In this document: in pieces, positions 1 through 10,039 of the stretch
Numbering within the stretch: the first letter of the stretch is position 1
Layout: each line of letters starts with the position of its first letter
Notes under the pieces: model-generated
Database searches by the model: none
Seen by the model: only the letters and a program-made list of their open reading frames with translations
Told to the model about the DNA's origin: nothing
Program-made: the position numbers and the translations under genes
Sequence record: PP975109.1
Length of the DNA stretch: 43,567 nucleotides
Reading direction: 5' to 3' (one strand)
Source: Escherichia phage IK_ECO1

Positions 1-77
1 GCTTTTTTTTTTTGTCCCTGTCTTCAGGGTCCTAGGGGTCTTTAATAGAGGAACAAATATGAGAGAATTAGATGCTG
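1..77. repeat. Window-terminal duplication: nt 1-77 recur at 43491-43567 with one mismatch (pos 25 c vs 43515 a); unit length 43,490 bp
   Basis: Direct comparison of the first and last 77 nt; the duplicated segment spans the capsid terminator T-run and the first codons of the gene at 59. Confidence 0.9.
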
Positions 78-619
78 TGAACTTGACATTAGAGGCTCTA
101 GGGGAGTCTCGGGTTATGGATATCAACACTTCAAACCCCAGCGCCGGGTTAGCGCGTTCTGCGCTCGCGCGCAATCGCCGAGGCCTGCTTAGTACAGGTT
201 ACTGGTTCAACGTAGTTGAGCGAGAGATTACCCCTACTGCTGACGGCTTTATTAAGATTCCATGGAACCAGCTAGCTGTGTATGATGCATGCTCCGACAA
301 TAAGTATGGGGTGCGTGACGGGAATCTTTACAACCTGGTAGAGCAGGATGAATACTTTGATTCTCCTGTTAAGGTTAAAGTAGTGCTGGACCTCAACTTC
401 GAGGACCTGCCGGAGCACGCTGCTATGTGGATTGCGAACTACACAGCTGCGCAGGTGTATCTGAATGACCTTGGCAGTGATGGCAACTACGCTAATTATG
501 CCTCAGAGGCTGAGCGATATAAGTCCCTGGTGCTACGAGAGCATCTTCGTAACCAGAAGTATAGTACCAGTAGGACCAGATTCGCACGTCGTATCCGTCG
601 TGCACGCTTCGTGATTTAA
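59..619 (+). CDS. Tail tubular protein A (T7 gp11-like), 186 aa
   Basis: Complete ORF with RBS agagga upstream; first gene after major capsid plus terminator; size close to T7 gp11; synteny-based call. Confidence 0.5.
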   Translation: MRELDAVNLTLEALGESRVMDINTSNPSAGLARSALARNRRGLLSTGYWFNVVEREITPTADGFIKIPWNQLAVYDACSDNKYGVRDGNLYNLVEQDEYFDSPVKVKVVLDLNFEDLPEHAAMWIANYTAAQVYLNDLGSDGNYANYASEAERYKSLVLREHLRNQKYSTSRTRFARRIRRARFVI

Positions 620-628
620 GGAGGGATT

Positions 629-3007
629 ATGGCGCAATCGTTAGAGGGCACCATTCAGAGTCTGCTCCAGGGTGTTTCCCAGCAGATTCCAAGAGAGCGC
701 CAGCCTGGGCAACTAGGAGCGCAACTGAATATGCTCAGTGACCCGGTGTCAGGGATACGTAGACGTCCCCCAGCAGAGATTGTGTGGGATAGTAGTATTG
801 ACAACCCGGGCCTGGACTCGCTTTATACAGAGTATGTAGAGCGCGGTACTGACGGTAGGCACTTGCTGATTAACACTAGCAACGGTAATTGGTGGTTATT
901 GTCCAAGGATGGTAAATCCATTGTAAACAGTGGGAATGACCCGTACTTTGTAACCACGGTAGGGCAGACCTCTATTCAGACTGCTAGTATTGCCGGGTTG
1001 ACCTATATCCTGAATACGGAGATGGCTCCGAATACTACTGTGGACAACACCGGGCGCATTGACCCAAGTACTACGGGGTTCTTCTACATCAAGACGGTAG
1101 CTTTCCAGAAGCGTTGGGAAGTTACTGTATCCTGGACAGGTGGTTCCGTATCAGGCTATTACAATGCCCCTGATACAAGTCACGACGAATCAGCGGAGTG
1201 GGCTTCAGCGTCATTTGTAGTTAGGGCTTTAGTTGATGGGAACACCAACGGCAGTGGTATAGGTACAGCTATTAGGGCGGCCGGTGGTAGCATAAGCCGT
1301 TTCGAGGGGTGTATGTATATATCTGGGCTACCTAATCTTGTAATTAGTACGTCTGCCGGTGACACCTATGCGATGGCATCCGGGCAGAGTAGGGTCCATC
1401 AAGAACAGGACCTTCCTGCGCAGTTGCCTGCAGAGGCCAACGGAACGATGTGCCAAGTGGGTACAGCTTCAGCTGAGACGGCATGGTATCAGTACAACCA
1501 CAATACCCGTACTTGGTCTGAGGTTGGGGCCTACGGTAGCATCTCCAAAATTACTAACATGCCCCGGGAACTGGCAGCGGATGATAACATCATTGCTCGT
1601 GAATGGGAAGGACGTCTTGCTGGGAACGACGACAACAACCAGGACCCTGGGTTTATTGAGAATGGCTACATTACAGGTATAGCAGCATTCCAGGGCCGTC
1701 TGGTGCTGCTTAGTGGTAGTGTAGTGGACATGTCAGCCTCTGGGCTGTATCAGCGATTCTATCGCTCTACAGTAACTTCTCTGCTGGATACAGACCGTAT
1801 CAGCATTAGCTCGGCATCTGCTCAGGATTCCGTGTACCGTACAGCTATACAATTCAACCGAGACTTGGTTCTGTTTGCAAATAGCATGCAGGCTGTAGTG
1901 CCTGGGTCAGTAGTGCTTACTCCAACTAACGCCAGTATTAGCATCACTAGCACCTACGAATGTGACAGCCGAGTAACGCCAGTAATGGCTGGGCAGACTG
2001 TGATTTACCCGAACAAGCGCAACAACAGCTACGCGGGTATTCTGGAGCTTATCCCATCCCCGTATACTGCCTCACAATATGCTACGCAGGATGCGACTGT
2101 GCACCTCCCTCGGTATATCCCTGGGAGGGTGCTGCAGATGCAAAACTCCAGTGTCACTAATATGGCGTTTGTGCGTATGTCTGGACAGCGCAAGAGTCTG
2201 CTGGTATATGAGTTCATGTGGGGTGGGCAGGATGGTGGTAAGGTGCAAGCAGCCTGGCATCAGTGGACATTCCCATATAATATCCTGGGCGTGCAGGCAC
2301 TTGAAGATGAGGTGTTCCTGTACCTTCAAGGACCTAGTCCCGGCCATAAACTCCTGATTTTATCTATGGACCCACGCGAGGGGTACAATCTCGGCATGGA
2401 GTACACGAACGCCTATGCGGACTTGCAGACACCAGTTACCGTAAGTGGCGGGGTGTTAGATGTGCCCGCAGTGCTGCGCCCGGTTGGTTGGGCAGATACA
2501 TACAAAGAGGACTTAATCCTTACGTATCCAGCCAATAGCCCCATGGGGCCTACTGAGGTGGGTCTCAAGGATATTGCCGGTACAAACCAGCTCAGTGTAG
2601 TGCGGGGTGTTCCTGATGGGCAGTATATCCTGGGTCGCAGGTACAATAGCGCATTCACTCTGACTACCCCAGTACTTCGGGATCAGAATGATAAGCTAGT
2701 TGGTAGTGGGCACGTGCGTTTGTTGCGTCTGGATGTAGCTGTACGTAACTCTGGGCACTTTGATGTTCATGTAACTGACACACCTCGGGATGTTGACTGG
2801 AGTGGAGAACTCACAGGTATCTTGATGAACTCCAAGGAGCTGACGTTGGGGCAGACCTTGCGTATGGACTTGGCTACCATCACAGTACCGTGCCGTACTA
2901 ACGCGGACACTACCGAAATCACTTTGTATACAAAAGGCTCTCAGGAGCTGAATGTGCTGGATATCTCTTATATCCTGCGCTACAACCAACGCAGACGGAG
3001 GATTTAA
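629..3007 (+). CDS. Tail tubular protein B (T7 gp12-like), 792 aa
   Basis: RBS aaggaggg; follows the gp11-like gene; size matches T7 gp12; synteny-based call. Confidence 0.5.
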   Translation: MAQSLEGTIQSLLQGVSQQIPRERQPGQLGAQLNMLSDPVSGIRRRPPAEIVWDSSIDNPGLDSLYTEYVERGTDGRHLLINTSNGNWWLLSKDGKSIVNSGNDPYFVTTVGQTSIQTASIAGLTYILNTEMAPNTTVDNTGRIDPSTTGFFYIKTVAFQKRWEVTVSWTGGSVSGYYNAPDTSHDESAEWASASFVVRALVDGNTNGSGIGTAIRAAGGSISRFEGCMYISGLPNLVISTSAGDTYAMASGQSRVHQEQDLPAQLPAEANGTMCQVGTASAETAWYQYNHNTRTWSEVGAYGSISKITNMPRELAADDNIIAREWEGRLAGNDDNNQDPGFIENGYITGIAAFQGRLVLLSGSVVDMSASGLYQRFYRSTVTSLLDTDRISISSASAQDSVYRTAIQFNRDLVLFANSMQAVVPGSVVLTPTNASISITSTYECDSRVTPVMAGQTVIYPNKRNNSYAGILELIPSPYTASQYATQDATVHLPRYIPGRVLQMQNSSVTNMAFVRMSGQRKSLLVYEFMWGGQDGGKVQAAWHQWTFPYNILGVQALEDEVFLYLQGPSPGHKLLILSMDPREGYNLGMEYTNAYADLQTPVTVSGGVLDVPAVLRPVGWADTYKEDLILTYPANSPMGPTEVGLKDIAGTNQLSVVRGVPDGQYILGRRYNSAFTLTTPVLRDQNDKLVGSGHVRLLRLDVAVRNSGHFDVHVTDTPRDVDWSGELTGILMNSKELTLGQTLRMDLATITVPCRTNADTTEITLYTKGSQELNVLDISYILRYNQRRRRI

Positions 3008-3008
3008 T

Positions 3009-3590
3009 ATGTGGTGGATGGTCGCCGCTATGGCTGCCAAAACTGTGCTGGGTGCTGGCGCACAGGTTGAGGTTGCCAAAGCACGTAACAAAGCAGTAAT
3101 TCAGCAGACAGCGAAGCAGTTAAATGACATTGCGCTGCAACGTGCTCAGTCCAGGGATCGGACTGAGGTTGCCCTGTTCAACGTTCAACAGCAGAAGCTG
3201 CAAGCACAGAGTCAGGTAGGCCTGCAAGCTGCTGCGTCTGGTACTATGGGGGCGTCTGTTAAGGATGCAGTAGCAACCGTGAATACAGTAGCAGATCGTC
3301 AGGTATCTGGAATCAGGTCCCAGCAGGCCACTCAGGAAGAGGGCTACCGAATGATGGTGGATAAGGCCGTGGATAGCGGATTAGCCAATATGGACCTGGA
3401 GAGCGGATACGACAAGATGTTTAATGCCGCCTTGGGCTTTGGTGGGCAGCTGCTCGGGCAATACATAGGGAATGAACTATCCAAGAGCACTCCCGATAGT
3501 ACCGATACCACCCCGGGGCCCGCAGCAGATAATTCGTTCTTGTATGACCTATGGGGCAGCAAGGGTAATAGCAAAGTACACACCTGGTAA
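3009..3590 (+). CDS. Internal virion protein (193 aa), hydrophobic N-terminus
   Basis: ATG at 3009 with RBS ggagga, start abutting upstream stop; position between tail tubular B and large internal proteins. Confidence 0.4.
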   Translation: MWWMVAAMAAKTVLGAGAQVEVAKARNKAVIQQTAKQLNDIALQRAQSRDRTEVALFNVQQQKLQAQSQVGLQAAASGTMGASVKDAVATVNTVADRQVSGIRSQQATQEEGYRMMVDKAVDSGLANMDLESGYDKMFNAALGFGGQLLGQYIGNELSKSTPDSTDTTPGPAADNSFLYDLWGSKGNSKVHTW

Positions 3591-3605
3591 ACTAAGGGGA
3601 AGTAA

Positions 3606-6290
3606 ATGCCTGTAATTCAACCCAACCGACAGGGTCTAAATATCGGCGGCGTGCAATTGCAGGCCAACGAGATTAACTTACCCTCTACCGTAGGGGATGT
3701 AGTAGTAGACACGTCCAAAGCAAACCGCCTTGCAGCACTCTCTGGCTTCGTCCAGGACTTCGGTATAGGGTTTGATGCAGCAGTAAAAGAAAATGCAGCA
3801 GCAGCCACTGTGCGAGGTGCTATGGATGCCCAGGGTGCAGTAGATGCAATGGCCTCTAAAGATGAGGCAGTACAGAAGCAGAATCTATTTGTACGAGAAG
3901 CCTACCAGGATGGTTATGTATCTGCTGCGGCCTACGATTCTCTAGCTAAGTGGCGTACGGATAGTATTACTCGCGCTAAGAAGGCAGCTGAGGCCGGACT
4001 GACTGATGAGGAATTCCACCAGCAGGAGCAAGAGCATGTTCAAGCTATGTCTGACAAGCTCGGTATGTATCTTCCGGATATGTCCAAACAGTCCGCTACG
4101 GCGGTACTGCAACAGCTCCGTGCAACCAGCTTAGCTAACTACACGGCCTTCCAGAAAGGTCGCGCAGAGTTTGCAGTAGCACAAGCAGACCGTGCGCTGG
4201 ACCGTGGGCTCAGCTCCTCCGTTGATGAGTTCTATCAGCGCCTGGATGCTGGGCAGGGTGCTGCTGCACAGATGTCAATTAAGACAGGACTAGACAGTAT
4301 ACTAGCGGCTGAACACTTGGATAAATCCAAGAAGTTGGACCGAGCCAAGCAGTATCTGGTCAGTGTAGCGCAGCAGACCCAGGACCCTCTAATCATCAAC
4401 CAGTTGCAGGAAATGGCAACTAAAGAGCTTGGTGTTAACTCTGTAGACGTTAATGCTGCCTTGTATCAGGAATTTAAGCGTGCTGGGACTCAGATTGAGA
4501 CTCAGGCTCGCTTTGAAATCTCAGATGCAATTCAGTCTCTGGAGGGGCAGTCCCCAGAAGAGCAGGAGCAGACGATGCAGCGTATCCGCAACCGCGTGAT
4601 TGAGCTATCTGCTACGGATGTACTAAGCCCCGGCACCAGTATGGAATTCTGGAACAAGGCTCAGACTATCAGGGAGAAGACTGCCGATACACAGGCTTTA
4701 CGTAGTGCCCTCACAGGAAACCTTCCTACATCCACCTTAGCTGGTATGTTTAAAGGGGATCTGGATAAGGCCCGGTCACAGGTACTCAAAAACTTCCCAG
4801 ACACTCCAGAGGGGAACTTGCAGCTACTGGCTTATGGTAGCAATAGTAAAGATGCGTGGGCCATCAATGAAGCACACAAGCGCATGTCCTCGGATATGGC
4901 GCGCACCCTCACTACACTGGACCAGTTAGGTGAGGATGGGCAGGTGTCCAAGGAGAATGTCAATAGCATCAACCTGTGGGCCCAAGCATATAGTACCAGT
5001 ACCGACTTAGGTAAGATGGCTCTGCTGTCTGAAGTCCCATCTGAGTGGCAGGGGGTGGTTCAGAAGGCCATTGCACAGAACCCCAATAACGCTAGCAACA
5101 CTATTCTGGACGATCTGCGTCGCCAGGCCCGTAACAAGGCTAACGGGCGCTACAGCAACATCAGTAGCAACCCCACAGACAAAATGGTGGATCCGAGTCA
5201 CACTGCTAATTGGTTCAGCTTCTTCGGCACAGCTGACGCACAGCGCCAGGAAGCGCGCGCCGCTATGGAGGAAGAGTATCGGTACGTATACAACCACAAC
5301 CCAGAGGCGTTAGTTGGTAAGGATCCCGATGATATCAACACGATGCTCAAAGGTAACATCCAAGCCCGTAAGCTGGAGTTAGATATCTCTGGGGCTCCTC
5401 GGCACGTGTACCTGCCAGCTGGGACTTCTATTCAATCCCTAATGGGGGATTATCGAGGAGACCAGGAGCAGTTCAAGTCGTCTCTGCAGCAACAGATTCA
5501 GAACCAGGTCAACGCCTTAATCGACCCAAGCAACCTTGAGCGCGTAGTAGTGCAGGCTGCTACAGCAGGCAACTCAGCACAGAATATGACTGTCACCGTA
5601 TTCGACAAGAAGGGTACCTTTCAGACTATGTCTGTGAATCTACAGGATGTTCAATCTACTGCTCAGGATGCTTACAACAAGGCGCTGGCTGGTGAGATGA
5701 AGATTGGCAGCGAGCAAGTTGGTATCCGCCCAGCTACTTTCTACGATCATGACAACGGCAGAGCTGTAAGTGTTCAGGTCAATGGTCGTAATGGGGCTGG
5801 TGTAGAACCTTCTTTATTTAGTGAGATTCTCGCCAATACCATGCAGTTTGAAGGGTTCCGGGAAGGTAAGGGTAACGGCAGTGTAGGTTTTGGTCTGCAC
5901 AACAACTCCGGTATGCCTGTTCCGAAGAAGGTTACTATCGACGATGGTATCAGCATTCTGAAATCCTCTCTGGAGCAGCAATATATCCCGAACGTGAACA
6001 AGCAACTGCGCGGGCAGGGTCTAAGTGCTTCTGCGGATGCTATGAAGGTCATGGTTGACTTGAACTATCATGGTGGCAACGGGAGTTCTGGCCCTGTAGC
6101 AGAGGCCGTGGCACAGGTACGTAAGGCATCTAAGACCCCTGTAGGGGCTTACCAGTATCCTGTATCGGAGGCCCAAGGTAAGGCTTGGCAAGCACTGCGC
6201 AATACCCCAGCTTACAAGCAGGCACAGCCTAAACGTAAGAAATATCTGGAGCAAGGACTGCGTAACTGGATGTTTGAGGTAACACACTAA
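3606..6290 (+). CDS. Internal virion/core protein (gp15-like), 894 aa
   Basis: Long ORF with RBS aagggga; position in internal virion protein block; followed by hairpin at 6294. Confidence 0.45.
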   Translation: MPVIQPNRQGLNIGGVQLQANEINLPSTVGDVVVDTSKANRLAALSGFVQDFGIGFDAAVKENAAAATVRGAMDAQGAVDAMASKDEAVQKQNLFVREAYQDGYVSAAAYDSLAKWRTDSITRAKKAAEAGLTDEEFHQQEQEHVQAMSDKLGMYLPDMSKQSATAVLQQLRATSLANYTAFQKGRAEFAVAQADRALDRGLSSSVDEFYQRLDAGQGAAAQMSIKTGLDSILAAEHLDKSKKLDRAKQYLVSVAQQTQDPLIINQLQEMATKELGVNSVDVNAALYQEFKRAGTQIETQARFEISDAIQSLEGQSPEEQEQTMQRIRNRVIELSATDVLSPGTSMEFWNKAQTIREKTADTQALRSALTGNLPTSTLAGMFKGDLDKARSQVLKNFPDTPEGNLQLLAYGSNSKDAWAINEAHKRMSSDMARTLTTLDQLGEDGQVSKENVNSINLWAQAYSTSTDLGKMALLSEVPSEWQGVVQKAIAQNPNNASNTILDDLRRQARNKANGRYSNISSNPTDKMVDPSHTANWFSFFGTADAQRQEARAAMEEEYRYVYNHNPEALVGKDPDDINTMLKGNIQARKLELDISGAPRHVYLPAGTSIQSLMGDYRGDQEQFKSSLQQQIQNQVNALIDPSNLERVVVQAATAGNSAQNMTVTVFDKKGTFQTMSVNLQDVQSTAQDAYNKALAGEMKIGSEQVGIRPATFYDHDNGRAVSVQVNGRNGAGVEPSLFSEILANTMQFEGFREGKGNGSVGFGLHNNSGMPVPKKVTIDDGISILKSSLEQQYIPNVNKQLRGQGLSASADAMKVMVDLNYHGGNGSSGPVAEAVAQVRKASKTPVGAYQYPVSEAQGKAWQALRNTPAYKQAQPKRKKYLEQGLRNWMFEVTH

Positions 6291-6293
6291 CAG

Positions 6294-6311
6294 AGGCCCT
6301 TCGGGGCCTCC
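6294..6311 (+). terminator. GC hairpin gaggccc-ttcg-gggcctc (UUCG loop) after the gp15-like gene; terminator or RNA processing site
   Basis: Perfect 7-bp stem with tetraloop seen in sequence; no immediate T-run, so function uncertain. Confidence 0.3.
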
Positions 6312-6339
6312 CCTTATCAAAATTCTTTTAGGAGATAAT

Positions 6340-9300
6340 ATGGCTCAGTTTCTGAACCGAGAACCGAATCCACAGGAAAAGGATTCTGCTAAGGGCGCAA
6401 CACTTAAACCTGCGCCTACAAGCGTAGATTGGAATGACGCAGGAGATGATGGGCTGAATGCCCTACAGCGTTCATCTATACTGGCCCAGGCTAAAACCCC
6501 TGCGACGTCAGCAGGGGAGAGCTTTGCTGCTGGGGTTGGTAACAGCATTATAGCTGCAGCCATTAGAAAGGCCTCCTCCCCAACATTCGTCCCAGAGCAG
6601 GGGTTTGATGCTAAGAAACAACTAAGCACCGACTCCCGAGCTAAGCTCTACACCCCTAATCAGGAAGAGATTGATTACTTGCACGGGGCGGTGTCCCTGG
6701 ATGATTATAATTATCGCATTCAGGCTATGCTAGAACAGCGTGACCGTGACCGTCAGATGTCTGATAACACGGTAGCCGGGTTCACCGGTGCACTGGCTGG
6801 TGATGCTCCGTTTATACTGGCTCCGATGTCAGCGGCGGGTATCGCTGGTCGTGCTGGCTTAGCAGTGCGTACTGCTATCCGCGCAGCGGATGTAGGTACA
6901 GCTGTCTATGCACAAGATCAATTGGGACAGTCTGCGGCAGTCACTGCTCTGGTAGCAGGGGTAGCTGGACTAGACCAGCTCTGGGACATGTCTAAGGCTG
7001 CTAAAGTAGCAGCAAAGGCACGCACTGGGCGTGAGCCTATGTTTGACCCGGACGCGCCCACAACTCGTACAGCAAGGGATGCTAATGTTACAGGAGTAGG
7101 AGAAGGGGACACAATACTCACTAAGGTACTGGATGAACCTATCCAAGTTCGCCGGAATAACACTGCTGCTGTTAACATGAAAGCGCAGGACGTAGTCCGT
7201 TTCCTCAAGACCTCTGAACACTTATCTAAAGGTCAGAAGGCTATCCTGGACACCCTGGGTGATGCAGTACAGGATATTGATTTTAAACTGGTGGCTGGTT
7301 CTTCTAACCGTAGCCACTATGGATTTTCACCAGCATCAACCACTGATAGGGGTTTTGTATCTTTACGTGCCCCTAAGAAAGCTAACGGAAGTACCTGGAC
7401 TACTGCTAGGGACGCTCTGCGTGCTATGGATGCGGACACTAGCCGAGTAGCAGTGCACGAGCTGATTCACGCGGCCACCACCAGAGCCATCAAGCAGAAT
7501 CCTGAAATTGCGAGTAAGCTGGAAGAGGTGCGCGCTGCAATAGCATCAGATTCAACTCTTAGTGATAAATTCAAGTATTATGCAAGCGATGTGCACGAGA
7601 TGCTGGCTGGACTGGGAGACAGCCCTGAGTGGGTAGAGTACCTCTCTAGGACTAAATCCCCTACTGGTAAGAGTATGCTTCGCCAGATTGGTGAGTATAT
7701 CATGAATGCGCTTGGGGTCCGTACCAAGGGCTCCGCGCTGGAGGATGTTCTGGACGCGTACGAGGACGCTGTCAAGTGGACCGCAAAGGACTACGCAGAC
7801 CAAGCTCAGGGCTTCCGGAGTGAGTCCTTCCAGGACTTGGCGGATACATCGGTTAAGCATGAGGCCTTGAAAGCTCAGGCTATGATGGACACTGCTAAGC
7901 GTAAGCTCGCCACTATGTTCTCCTTGTATGATAACATCGCAGAAGGTAGTGAGGACCTAGCACGCTTATTAGTATCTGATGCTACTGCTGTAGGAGGTCG
8001 TAAGCCGTCTGTGGTGGACTTCAAGCGTAATCTTACGTTGGAGATGGACGCTAGTGCCAGTGTAGTTGAGGATGCTATACTAGGTGCCCTCAAGGCCAAA
8101 GGTGTAGGTTTCACGGACCGCTTCTTCCATCGTAGCAACTTCCGAGCAGCTCGCGCGGACTTAGAAGACCGCTTAGGCCGTTACCTGGACTCTGCATACA
8201 GTGCTGAGGTTAATGGGCGTCCTGTACCTCTGCCGGACTCCGACTTGGTTCCGCTCGTTGAGGCGTATCGCAACTCTGGTTGGGCTAGTAAGTGGCACGA
8301 CCACATGACCGCTGCCGGTTTAGTGGATGACGGTACTCTGGTTAAATCGGACTACTACTTCCCACGCCAGTATAGCTACGATAAGATGCGCCAAGGTATT
8401 GCAAATGGTCGCTCCCTGGATAATTATCGGGATCTGTTCCGTCAGGCATTACGTGACGTGTATCCATCTATGGAACCTGAGGTCGTTCAACGTGTTGCTA
8501 AGGAGATGGTTGATGGTATCTACAACGGACGCTCCTCGGCCTCTGGTCCTATGTGGAAGCAACTCATCAATGGTATGGGTAATGATGAAGTGGTTATGGC
8601 CATGCGTAATGCTGGCGTAGACGAGAGTGCAATCCAGAGTTTCTTGGCAGGTAATGTCCGAGAATCTGGCGCTACCTCGCCTGCTCGGAACCTGCGTCAA
8701 CGTACCCGCTTCAACATGGATAAAGAGTACATCGTGGATGGTCAGGCTATGCGTATGCAGGACCTGATGGACACTGACGTAGCCAAGGTAATGCACGGTT
8801 ACACCAACCGCATGTCTGGTCGTGTAGGTATGGCCTATGCTGGTGTCTCTGACCTCAAGACTCTAGAGACGATGATTAACGAGTCCAAACACGCCCTAGC
8901 CGATTCGGGTAAGTGGGAGAAGACTGTTAATGATACCATTGACTTTATCCTGGGTGGGGCCCCGGCCGATGCCGGGCAGATGCCGGACCTGTTGCGTGCA
9001 GCGGGGAATATGGCTAACGCTACCATGCTCAAGAACTCTGGATTGTACCAGCTTACTGACACCGCTCTGGCTCTGAAAGAGTTCGGTATGTCCCGAGTAC
9101 TCCGCAGTATGCGTGAGCAGCCCTGGTTTAAAGAGGGTGCCGTAGCTATTCGTAATCCGGACATGGCTAGTCGCCTGGATACAATCCTACGTGGCAGTAT
9201 CCAGAAGGAGATGCGCTTCCGCTGGCTGAATACCTACGCAGACGATAACTTGGACCTGACCCGTCAGGCTTCCTGGTTTAACGTCACGCAGAACGTTGGG

Positions 9301-10038
9301 CAGGCCGCTAGGCATGTTAACGGTATGAGCATGGTGCACAGACTGCAGGTTAACTTGAACTCCGGGATTGTTGCTGATGAACTCAAGCAGATGTTCAAAG
9401 GTGATGCAGAGGCATTCAAACGCCTGGAGCGCTTCGGGCTTACCCGTGATGTTGCAGACCGTGCTATTGCTGCCAATAAGGCTAACCCTGGCGCTATGTT
9501 CCAGCCGGACCTGCAAATGCAAATTGAGGTGGTAGGTACCAGAATGATGGACTACCTGGTGCAGCAAGTACGTACCGGTGAGACCTCACACTTCGCACAG
9601 TTTAACCCTATTGGTAAAGTAATCGTCGGCTACCAGAGCTTTGCCCTGGCTGCCACCAACAAGATTCTCCGCCGAGAGTTGAACGACGCTGGGTGGATTG
9701 GGGTTGCGCACATTATGGCGTACCAGTTCCCGTTGATGCTGCTCGCTACTATGGCGAAGCATGGTATGGATGGCAAAGAGGTAGACACCCAGAAGCTTAT
9801 TGCTGAGTCAGTTATGGGTATGAGTGCCATCGGTGGTATCTCGCTTCTACAGGACATCTTCACTGGGGATTCCCCACGTCACTCGTTGGCGTCTATGGGT
9901 TACGTCACTGGGCTGCTGGGTGCCGTGCAAGCCCTGGCTACTGGGGATATGGATATCCAGACCTTCACTAAGCAGGTCCCGTTAATCCAGGAATTCGCAC
10001 CTACGCGAGCTATCATCAATAACTTCGGAGACGATTAA
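6340..10038 (+). CDS. Internal virion protein D / ejection protein (gp16-like), 1232 aa; contains an HELIH (HExxH) motif
   Basis: Largest ORF, RBS aggaga; position before tail fiber as in T7 gp16; HExxH at approx nt 7456-7470. Confidence 0.5.
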   Translation: MAQFLNREPNPQEKDSAKGATLKPAPTSVDWNDAGDDGLNALQRSSILAQAKTPATSAGESFAAGVGNSIIAAAIRKASSPTFVPEQGFDAKKQLSTDSRAKLYTPNQEEIDYLHGAVSLDDYNYRIQAMLEQRDRDRQMSDNTVAGFTGALAGDAPFILAPMSAAGIAGRAGLAVRTAIRAADVGTAVYAQDQLGQSAAVTALVAGVAGLDQLWDMSKAAKVAAKARTGREPMFDPDAPTTRTARDANVTGVGEGDTILTKVLDEPIQVRRNNTAAVNMKAQDVVRFLKTSEHLSKGQKAILDTLGDAVQDIDFKLVAGSSNRSHYGFSPASTTDRGFVSLRAPKKANGSTWTTARDALRAMDADTSRVAVHELIHAATTRAIKQNPEIASKLEEVRAAIASDSTLSDKFKYYASDVHEMLAGLGDSPEWVEYLSRTKSPTGKSMLRQIGEYIMNALGVRTKGSALEDVLDAYEDAVKWTAKDYADQAQGFRSESFQDLADTSVKHEALKAQAMMDTAKRKLATMFSLYDNIAEGSEDLARLLVSDATAVGGRKPSVVDFKRNLTLEMDASASVVEDAILGALKAKGVGFTDRFFHRSNFRAARADLEDRLGRYLDSAYSAEVNGRPVPLPDSDLVPLVEAYRNSGWASKWHDHMTAAGLVDDGTLVKSDYYFPRQYSYDKMRQGIANGRSLDNYRDLFRQALRDVYPSMEPEVVQRVAKEMVDGIYNGRSSASGPMWKQLINGMGNDEVVMAMRNAGVDESAIQSFLAGNVRESGATSPARNLRQRTRFNMDKEYIVDGQAMRMQDLMDTDVAKVMHGYTNRMSGRVGMAYAGVSDLKTLETMINESKHALADSGKWEKTVNDTIDFILGGAPADAGQMPDLLRAAGNMANATMLKNSGLYQLTDTALALKEFGMSRVLRSMREQPWFKEGAVAIRNPDMASRLDTILRGSIQKEMRFRWLNTYADDNLDLTRQASWFNVTQNVGQAARHVNGMSMVHRLQVNLNSGIVADELKQMFKGDAEAFKRLERFGLTRDVADRAIAANKANPGAMFQPDLQMQIEVVGTRMMDYLVQQVRTGETSHFAQFNPIGKVIVGYQSFALAATNKILRRELNDAGWIGVAHIMAYQFPLMLLATMAKHGMDGKEVDTQKLIAESVMGMSAIGGISLLQDIFTGDSPRHSLASMGYVTGLLGAVQALATGDMDIQTFTKQVPLIQEFAPTRAIINNFGDD
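7085..7102 (+). promoter_or_regulatory. Copy of the repeated motif atgttacaggagtaggag, inside the gp16-like gene; candidate phage RNAP promoter
   Basis: Exact 17-18 nt identity with copies at 18310 and 38994. Confidence 0.35.
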
Positions 10039-10039
10039 T

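Noticed and set aside
1-77. 77-nt duplication at the window ends as a true direct terminal repeat
   Set aside because: It falls in the middle of the late gene cluster and splits a gene start; physical ends are more plausibly in the non-coding region at 17.6-19.4 kb.
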